Source: Myxococcota bacterium (lineage in GTDB: Bacteria > Myxococcota > JACRCW01). Taken from it: 26,119 nt of DNA. Position numbers and translations under genes: made by a program. The DNA lies in contig JBFMGU010000149.1 of assembly GCA_040752415.1 (NCBI GenBank), forward strand, positions 1 through 26,119. The letters are read 5' to 3'. Positions 1-6,822 of this stretch are shown here, piece by piece (the stretch's first letter is position 1; each line of letters starts with the position of its first letter). Under the pieces are notes generated by a model, which did not search any database, was not told the origin of the DNA, and saw only the letters and a program-made list of their open reading frames with translations.

Positions 1-1488
1 GCCGGTGCCTCCGCCGCCGCCCAGCAGCAGGCGGAAGGTGGCGGGGGATGCGCTGGCGCCGCCCTGCGCGGTGACGTCGGGCTGGCAGTTGTTCTTCCCG
101 CCGTTGCCGCCGGCGGTCTGGTTCCCACCGCCGCCCCCGCCACCCACGTCCAGCGCGCCGCCGCCGCCGCCCACGGTGCTGCGCGTGGCGCTGGATTGGT
201 TGTGGCTCTCCGAGCCCAGGCCCTCCCCGTTCATGGTGGGCGTGCCGCAGAAGGACATGGCGAGCGCGTTGTCGCCGGCGCCGCGGTAGCCCGCGCCATT
301 GGCGCTGACCGCGCGGCCGTTGTGGATGAGTCGACGGGTGAAGAAGGCCACCACCCCGCCGTAGGGTGGCGTGTACGGGGCCGCCTCCAGGTCCGTGTCC
401 AGCGTGAGCTCGCTGTACTCCGGCACGTTGCAGAGCTGCGCCGGGTTGGTTCCGTCCAGGTATTGCAGGAACGTCGGGGACGGCGCGGGCTCCACCGTCG
501 CTTCCCAGGTGCCGAACGTGTTCTCGTACGACGTCAGCCGTCCCATGTGCCACAAGCCCACCGGGCCCAGCTGTGCGTCGGTGAGGTTGGCCGCGCCGCT
601 GGTGTCCGCGTTGTCCGACTGCATGATGACGAGGAGCATGCGGTCGCCCACGCTGAAGTAGGGCATCTGCGTCCGCAGCGTGGTGCCGTCCCACGTCACC
701 CCCGCGCAGAAGTTGATGGGGTAGGGCGAGGACTGCTGGTTCCAGGTGCGGGTCCCGTCGCTGGCGTTGCCGTAGCAGCTCGGATCGTCGAAGCACGGGT
801 GGGCGGGCGTCATGCACTCCAGCGGCATGCAGTCGTTCCCTCCGGGCAGGCCGCTGCTGGAGGATGACGCAGAACTGGAGGACGAGGAGCTGGAGGACGA
901 CGACGAGCTGGAGCTGGACGACGAGCTCGCTGATGACGAGGACGAGCTGGAGCTGGCTGCCGACGACGAGCTCGCGCTCGAGGAAGTGCTGGAGCTGGTG
1001 CCACCGTTGCCGCCGGACGACGAGGACGACGCGCCCGCGGTAGAAGTGGACGTGCCGGCAGCGCCGCTGCTCGCGCTGGCGGACGACGAGAAGCCTCCGT
1101 TCGAGGACGAGGTGCCGGAGTTGCTGGTCGACGAGGTGAGCCCGCCGGAGCCGCTGGCCACGCTGGAGGAGCCGCTCCCGCCCGACGAGCTGGACGCGCT
1201 CACGCCCGACGACGCGCTGCTGGAGCCACTGGCGCTGGCGCGGGACGTGGACTCCCCGCCGCTGGCCAGGCCGCCGGACGAGGACGAGCGCACGTTGGCA
1301 GGGTCGCCGCTGCTGGCGCCCAGCACGCCTCCGTCGGGGGAGAGGTAGACGCAGCGCCCGTCCACGCAGTCCATGGGGCTGCCCGGGTCGCAGTCCTGGC
1401 GGTCATTGCACAGCGCGGAAGGATCCCACTGGGTGCACGCGCCCACGACGACAACCAGGCAGAGGAGGCGGGGAAGCCGGAAGGACAT
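1..1488 (-). CDS. Secreted Ser/Gly-rich lipoprotein with AgmC-like glycine-rich domain; partial, runs off the left edge
   Basis: Not in the ORF track (no stop in window). Manual translation from ATG at 1488: MSFRLPRLLCLVVVVGAC (lipobox-like), short Cys-rich module, long poly-Ser linker, then VPEYSELTL...PYTPPYGGVVAFF...VSANGAGYRG and GGGGG runs, resembling myxobacterial AgmC-type surface proteins. Confidence 0.8.
   Translation of the reverse strand, partial: MSFRLPRLLCLVVVVGACTQWDPSALCNDRQDCDPGSPMDCVDGRCVYLSPDGGVLGASSGDPANVRSSSSGGLASGGESTSRASASGSSSASSGVSASSSSGGSGSSSVASGSGGLTSSTSNSGTSSSNGGFSSSASASSGAAGTSTSTAGASSSSSGGNGGTSSSTSSSASSSSAASSSSSSSSASSSSSSSSSSSSSSSSSSSASSSSSGLPGGNDCMPLECMTPAHPCFDDPSCYGNASDGTRTWNQQSSPYPINFCAGVTWDGTTLRTQMPYFSVGDRMLLVIMQSDNADTSGAANLTDAQLGPVGLWHMGRLTSYENTFGTWEATVEPAPSPTFLQYLDGTNPAQLCNVPEYSELTLDTDLEAAPYTPPYGGVVAFFTRRLIHNGRAVSANGAGYRGAGDNALAMSFCGTPTMNGEGLGSESHNQSSATRSTVGGGGGALDVGGGGGGGNQTAGGNGGKNNCQPDVTAQGGASASPATFRLLLGGGGGTG
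856..1320 (-). repeat. Low-complexity poly-Ser/Gly coding tract
   Basis: Repeated gctgga/cgacga/gga units on + read as TCC/TCG/AGC Ser codons on the minus strand. Confidence 0.85.
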
Positions 1489-1683
1489 GGCAGCGCTCGG
1501 ACGCCCACCATGCTGCCACCTCCGCCCTCGAGGCGCGAGCCGACGTGGCGATGGCTGACGCAGAAGGCCCAGGGTGGCGGGTGTGGGTTTCTGTCGTCGT
1601 GGAAAAGCGCAGCCACGACGGCAGCAGAAGCATTCTTCCCGCTTGTGCCCACACGCGCGGGTCTGGCATGCCGGGCGGTCGCC

Positions 1684-2532
1684 ATGACCCGACACCGCCT
1701 GCACCGCTGTCTTGTCTCCTCGTTGCGTCGTCTCGCGCTGGTGGCCTGTGCGCTGGCGCCGCTGAGCTGCCAGCACGCCGGGACCTTTGTCCGACCGGCG
1801 CTGACGGAGTGCGGTGACGGCGCGTTGGAGCGCCCGCTGCGGGTGGTCAGCTACAACATCCGCGCGGGTCTCTCGTCGTCCCTCTACGAGGTGGCCAACG
1901 TCATCCAGGAGATGGATCCCGACGTCCTGGCGCTGCAGGAGGTGGACCGCGACGTCATGCGCAGCGGGAGCGTGGACCAGGCGCAGTACCTGGCCGACAC
2001 GCTGGGCTACCACTACGCCTTTGCCGCGGCCATCCGTCGTGACGGCGGGGAGTACGGCGTGGCGTTGTTCTCCCGGCTGCCCTTCCAGCGGGCGGAGCGC
2101 GTGCAGCTCTCCGCGCCGGTGTCCAATGAGCCGCGCGTGGCCATCGACGCCACGGTGTGCGCCGGCAACAAGCCGCTGCGGGTGCTGGCGGTGCACGCGG
2201 ACGTGTGGCCCTGGAGCGGCACGCAGCATGCGCGGGAGCTGAGCGAATACGTGGAGCCTTCCGTGGGGCAGGGCGTGATTGTGGCGGGCGACCTCAATGC
2301 CACGCCGGACTGGCCGGGCCCCGCGGCGCTGCGCCACGCCGGGCTCAATGACCTCATTGCCGAGTTTGGCGGCGGCAGCACCTTCGTGGGGGACCCGCTC
2401 AAGCGCCGGCTGGACTACATCTTCGTCGACGGACCGCTGCGGGCCCGCGCGCGCGCCGCCGGCGTCATCAACCGCCGCGCCAGCGACCACCTGCCCATCT
2501 TCGCCGAGATCGACCTCACGCAGGGCTGGTGA
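1684..2532 (+). CDS. Endonuclease/exonuclease/phosphatase (EEP) family protein, probable lipoprotein
   Basis: Motifs SYNI, DVLALQEV, YGVALFSR, GDLN, LDYIFV, SDH. Signal ending LAPLSC. ATG at 1684 preferred over 1510. Confidence 0.9.
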   Translation: MTRHRLHRCLVSSLRRLALVACALAPLSCQHAGTFVRPALTECGDGALERPLRVVSYNIRAGLSSSLYEVANVIQEMDPDVLALQEVDRDVMRSGSVDQAQYLADTLGYHYAFAAAIRRDGGEYGVALFSRLPFQRAERVQLSAPVSNEPRVAIDATVCAGNKPLRVLAVHADVWPWSGTQHARELSEYVEPSVGQGVIVAGDLNATPDWPGPAALRHAGLNDLIAEFGGGSTFVGDPLKRRLDYIFVDGPLRARARAAGVINRRASDHLPIFAEIDLTQGW

Positions 2533-2535
2533 GCA

Positions 2536-4203
2536 TCAGCGCGGCAGGCGCCGGCACAGCTCGTTCATCATCACGCGGTAGCCCACCTCCGAGGGGTGGA
2601 CCATGTCATTGAAGAGCACGGGGCTCTCACCGGGCATGAGCTCGCGCCCGTCGACGAAGATGCCGCCGCGCTTCTCCACCGCCGCCCTGCGTTCCGCCAG
2701 CCACGCGTCGCGCCCGAAGCGCCGGGCGTGCCCCAGGTCAAACGAGGCCACGTCGTAGACGTGCACCAGCGGCGGGCCTTCCGCGGCCACGCGCTCCACG
2801 CAGGAGAGCAGCTCGGCGCGTCGTGGGGCCTCCAGGTTGGCGACGGAGCACGCGGCCCAGGTGTCATGCGGCCGGGGGAGGGCGCGAGAGGGCACAAACG
2901 CCAGCAGGGTCCCCAGCCAGATGGAGAGCCGCGTGGCGGGCGCGGTGAGGTCGTCATTGAATCCGCCCACGAAGATGCGCTGTCGCGTCGTGGGCAGCCC
3001 GCGCGCCACCTGGGACCACGTGTCCGCGATGAAGCAGTGGTTCGCGCCGTCGACCGCGTGGCGCGCGTAGGTGATGCCCGGCCCGCCGCAGACCTCCTGC
3101 AGCACGCCGTCCAGCGCGCCCTTGCCGTAGCCCCCCTCGTCGAGGGCCGCGCCGTTGACGGTGGAGTAGCCCAGCACCAGGTGCGTGGTTCCCGACGCTG
3201 GCGCGGTGGAGGAGCCCGGCATGTTGCCCGACGCGTTCCAGTGGTTGAACCGCGTGTTGAGCTCCGCGAATCCCTGCGGCCCCACCCACAACAACGCGCC
3301 GCCACCCACCACGCCGGTGAGCGCACCCGCGCGCCACCGCGGGCTCACGCGCGCCTTCATCACCACCGTGGCCGCCAGCAGCGCGCAGCCCGCCGCCCCC
3401 TTCACCGCCCACAACGCAATCCACAACGGCGTGAGCCACGACGCGGCAAACACCACCACCACCGCGGTGGCATCCGTGCCCACCCACGCGGGCGTGCGCA
3501 ACGCCAGCCGGTGCACCACCGAGGCCAGCGCCACCAGCACCAGCAGCCACCACCGCCACCGCGTCTCCGCCAACGGCGCGCCCGCCACCCGCTGGATGAG
3601 CATGGAGGAGTCCGCGGAAGATAGCGCCAGCTCCGCGGTGACGACGGGAAGATCCCACCGGCACCGGCCCGCTTCCACCTGGAGCTGCGCGCCCTGTCGC
3701 ACGTGGAAGACCACCGGCTCCTGCGCGGAGAAACAGGTCAGGAGGGTCTGGAGCCGGGCCATGGGCGGCGGCGTGTCCAGCATGGGCTCCCGCGTGGCGG
3801 TACCGCTCTCGTCGACGAGCAGGGTCTCGAACGGCGCGGACGTGCCCGCGGAGCGCACCTGCAGGAGCAGCGGGGAGCGCGCCTCGTAGAGCTCCACGCG
3901 CATCTCGGTGGCGCCGCCCTCCGCGGTGCGGGCCATCACCGGGTAGCCGGGCGGAACGGTCAGCGCGTTCTCGTCGGAAAACGCGGGCTGGGGCAGCATG
4001 GTGTAGGACCACGCCGTGGCACGGGCGGTGATGTGTGAGGTGGGCTGGCCGTGCTCGTCGCGCGCGTAGATGAACACCGCCTTGGAGATGGCGTTGCCCG
4101 CCGGTTGCCAGGCGCGCAACAGGCTGTGCCAACTGGCCACGTCCAGCACCGTCAGGGCCGCGAACGCCAGCCAAAGCGCCCGGTCCCGACGAGAGGCATC
4201 CAT
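2536..4203 (-). CDS. Multi-pass membrane protein with C-terminal SGNH/GDSL-like domain
   Basis: N-terminal anchor, central TM helices, then LGYST (block I Ser, codon 3163-3165), VDGAN, GGFND (block III) and DMVH (block V DxxH, 2596-2607). Confidence 0.75.
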   Translation of the reverse strand: MDASRRDRALWLAFAALTVLDVASWHSLLRAWQPAGNAISKAVFIYARDEHGQPTSHITARATAWSYTMLPQPAFSDENALTVPPGYPVMARTAEGGATEMRVELYEARSPLLLQVRSAGTSAPFETLLVDESGTATREPMLDTPPPMARLQTLLTCFSAQEPVVFHVRQGAQLQVEAGRCRWDLPVVTAELALSSADSSMLIQRVAGAPLAETRWRWWLLVLVALASVVHRLALRTPAWVGTDATAVVVVFAASWLTPLWIALWAVKGAAGCALLAATVVMKARVSPRWRAGALTGVVGGGALLWVGPQGFAELNTRFNHWNASGNMPGSSTAPASGTTHLVLGYSTVNGAALDEGGYGKGALDGVLQEVCGGPGITYARHAVDGANHCFIADTWSQVARGLPTTRQRIFVGGFNDDLTAPATRLSIWLGTLLAFVPSRALPRPHDTWAACSVANLEAPRRAELLSCVERVAAEGPPLVHVYDVASFDLGHARRFGRDAWLAERRAAVEKRGGIFVDGRELMPGESPVLFNDMVHPSEVGYRVMMNELCRRLPR

Positions 4204-4352
4204 CAGAAGAGCGTGTAGATGAACGGCGCGGCCGCGGAGCCCTGCGTCAGCACCACCAGCAGCCCCAGCAGCACCAGCGCGGTGATGATGGGCGCCAGCC
4301 AGAACTTCTTCCGCTCACGCATGAATCCCCAGAGGTCCTTGAGAAAGTCCAT
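4203..4352 (-). CDS. SxtK-like / DUF5989-type small membrane protein, 49 aa
   Basis: Below the ORF-track cutoff. Translates MDFLKDLWGFMRERKKFWLAPIITALVLLGLLVVLTQGSAAAPFIYTLF*. TGATG overlaps with both neighbours. Confidence 0.92.
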   Translation of the reverse strand: MDFLKDLWGFMRERKKFWLAPIITALVLLGLLVVLTQGSAAAPFIYTLF

Positions 4353-4768
4353 CAGAACGGTCCCTCCATGCTGCGCGCGTCCCGCGGACGGCTTGGCACC
4401 CGGTATGTGCTAGCAGACTTGTCCAGCTTGCGCGCCATGGGGTCCTTCCCCAGCACGCGCATGATGAGCCCCGTGGGCATCACCACCAGGAAGAAGAACA
4501 CCCCCAGGATGATGCGGGAGTTGATGGCCCCCAGCACCAGGCCCACCTTCATCCACGCCTGGTAGATGAGGCGCATCAGCGGCAGCGCCACCAGCGCGGG
4601 CACCCAGAAGACCGCCGCCACCATCCAGGGCCAGCGCGGCAGGTCCACGCCCCGCAGCAGCGGGATGGCCAGCCCGAACAGGGCCACGAAGATGGCGCCG
4701 GTGGTGAGGCCGAACTTGCGCAGCCCCTTGTTGTCCAGCTCGGGAATGACGTGGGCGGAGGCAGTCAT
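4352..4768 (-). CDS. SxtJ-family membrane protein, 138 aa
   Basis: MTASAH...LRKFGLTTG...WMKVGLVLGAINSRIILGVFFFLVVMPTGLIMRVLGKDPM...MEGPF. ATG at 4768 overlaps the carbamoyltransferase stop; the ORF-track start 4909 is too far upstream. Confidence 0.9.
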   Translation of the reverse strand: MTASAHVIPELDNKGLRKFGLTTGAIFVALFGLAIPLLRGVDLPRWPWMVAAVFWVPALVALPLMRLIYQAWMKVGLVLGAINSRIILGVFFFLVVMPTGLIMRVLGKDPMARKLDKSASTYRVPSRPRDARSMEGPF

Positions 4769-6606
4769 CAGTCCAGCTCGAATTCCTTCTTCCAGCTCTC
4801 GTCCTTCACCTGCGCCGGCTGGTCCTTCTTGGCCAGCAGGAAGTCCTCCAGCACCAGGTGGTCCATCTCCGTGCGCATGAAGCAGCGGTACGCGTCCTGC
4901 GGCGTGCACACAATGGGCTCCCCGCGCACGTTGAATGACGTGTTCACCAGCACCCCGCAGCCCGTCTTCTGCTCGAAGAGCCGGATCAGCTCGTGGTAGC
5001 GCGGGTTGGTCTCCTTGTGCACCGTCTGGATGCGCGCGCTGTAGTCCACGTGCGTGATGGCCGGAATGGAGCTGCGCGGCACGTTGAGCTTCTCAATGCC
5101 AAACAGCTTCTGCTGCTCGTCCGTCATGGGGATGCGCAGCTTCTCCTGCACCGGCGCCACCAGCAGCATGTAGGGGCTGCGACCCTCCATCTCGAAGTAC
5201 TCGCCCACCTGCTCCGCCAGCACGCTGGGCGCGAAGGGCCGGAAGCTCTCGCGGTACTTGATCTTCAGGTTCATCACGCTCTGCATCTTGGGACTGCGCG
5301 GATCCCCGATGATGGAGCGGCCTCCCAGCGCGCGCGGACCGAACTCCATGCGCCCGCTCAGCCAGCCCACCACGTTCTCGCCGGCCAGGATGTCCGCCAC
5401 CCTGGGCAACAGCTGCTCGTCGGGGAGACGCTCGTATTTCGCGCCCACGGAGTCCAGGAAGGCCTGGATCTCGTCGCTGCGCGCGCGCGGGCCCAGGTAG
5501 GCGCCCTGCATGCTGTCGTGCGGCTCCGGGGTGCGCGGGTTGTCCAGGTACTGGTGCCACACCGAGAGCGCGCAGCCCAACGCGCCGCCAGCATCCCCCG
5601 CCGCGGGCTGGATCCACACGTCCTTGAAGCCGCACTCCCGCAGGATGCGCCCGTTGGCCACGCAGTTGAGCGCCACGCCGCCCGCCAGGCACAGGTTCTC
5701 GACGTCGAGCTCCTTCTTCACCGTGCGCGCCAGCCGCAGCACGATCTCTTCCGTCACCACCTGGATGCTGCGGGCCAGGTCCATCTCCCGCTGCGTCATC
5801 CACGCTTCCGGCTGGCGCGGCGGTCCACCAAACAGGTCATGGAACTTCGCGTTGGTCATGGTCAGACCCACGGCGTAGTTGAAGTAGTCCATGTTGAGGT
5901 GGAAGGTGCCGTCGTCCTTGAGGTCAATGATGTGCTTGAAGATGAGGTCGACGTACTTGGGCTCACCGTAGGGAGCCAGGCCCATCACCTTGTACTCGCC
6001 GGAGTTGACCTTGAAGCCGGTGTAGTAGGTGAACGCGGAGTAGAGCAGGCCCAGGCTGTGCGGGAAATCAATCTCCCACTGCGGCGTCAGTTTGTTGCCC
6101 TCACCCAGCCACACGCTGGAGGTGGCCCACTCCCCCACGCCGTCCAGGCACATGACGCCGGCGCGTTGGAACGGGCTGGGAAAGAACGCGCTGGCGGCGT
6201 GCGACTGGTGATGTTCCGCCCACAACACCCTGGGGAGCGCGTCCACCTTCATGCCGCCCAGCGCCGCCAACTCCCGACGGAGCATGGTCTTCAGGTACAG
6301 CTTCTCTTTGAGCCACACCGGCATGGCCTTGAGGAAGCTGGCAATCCCCTTGGGCGCGTACGCCAGGTACGTCTCCAGCAGGCGCTCGAACTTCACGAAG
6401 GGCTTGTCGTAGAAGACGATCCGGTCGACGTCCTTGAGCTGGAGCCCGGCCTCCTGCAGGCAGTAGCGGATGGCGTGTTGCGGGAAGCGCGCGTCATGCT
6501 TCTTGCGGCTGAAGCGCTCCTCCTGCGCCGCGGCGGTGATCCGCCCGTCCACGACGAGAGCTGCGGCGCTGTCATGGTAGTACGCGGAGAGGCCCAGGAT
6601 CTTCAT
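4768..6606 (-). CDS. O-carbamoyltransferase, NodU/CmcH/TobZ family (SxtI-like), 612 aa
   Basis: YHDSAAAL, EERFSRKKH, EHHQSHAAS, DGVGE, GEYKVMGLAPYG, AGGVALNC, GRMEFGPRALG, RESFRPFAP, NTSFNVRGEPIV. GGAGGAG RBS upstream. Confidence 0.97.
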   Translation of the reverse strand: MKILGLSAYYHDSAAALVVDGRITAAAQEERFSRKKHDARFPQHAIRYCLQEAGLQLKDVDRIVFYDKPFVKFERLLETYLAYAPKGIASFLKAMPVWLKEKLYLKTMLRRELAALGGMKVDALPRVLWAEHHQSHAASAFFPSPFQRAGVMCLDGVGEWATSSVWLGEGNKLTPQWEIDFPHSLGLLYSAFTYYTGFKVNSGEYKVMGLAPYGEPKYVDLIFKHIIDLKDDGTFHLNMDYFNYAVGLTMTNAKFHDLFGGPPRQPEAWMTQREMDLARSIQVVTEEIVLRLARTVKKELDVENLCLAGGVALNCVANGRILRECGFKDVWIQPAAGDAGGALGCALSVWHQYLDNPRTPEPHDSMQGAYLGPRARSDEIQAFLDSVGAKYERLPDEQLLPRVADILAGENVVGWLSGRMEFGPRALGGRSIIGDPRSPKMQSVMNLKIKYRESFRPFAPSVLAEQVGEYFEMEGRSPYMLLVAPVQEKLRIPMTDEQQKLFGIEKLNVPRSSIPAITHVDYSARIQTVHKETNPRYHELIRLFEQKTGCGVLVNTSFNVRGEPIVCTPQDAYRCFMRTEMDHLVLEDFLLAKKDQPAQVKDESWKKEFELD

Positions 6607-6822
6607 GGCGCATCTCCTCCGACGTGGCGGATGGGTTGGCAGCAGGTGGATGTCACGGCGCGCGCACCATAGGCCGGCTTCCTCTCGGCGTCATGGAACC
6701 GACTAGCACAGCACCCCCGGTCCTGGGGGGCGGACGTTGGTGTCCGTCGGTCACGTCCGCGTTCACGGGTCCAACACACCTTGGACTTGTGCCTGGCGGG
6801 GGCGCTTGCTCAACTTCTCGCC

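Noticed and set aside
812..1348. Highly acidic 178-aa ORF on +
   Set aside because: Antisense shadow of the poly-Ser linker of the minus-strand gene.
1684..2532. EEP protein as a defence or retroelement nuclease
   Set aside because: Has a lipoprotein-type signal and no neighbouring RT, helicase or defence genes; an exported phosphoesterase is more likely.
4203..6606. Saxitoxin biosynthesis cluster
   Set aside because: Only sxtI/J/K-like genes are present; no sxtA, sxtG, sxtB or other core genes, and such homologs occur widely in non-producers.
6794..6810. Sigma54-like TGGC...TTGCT
   Set aside because: GG-to-GC spacing is 11 rather than the required 10 and the CACG part is absent.
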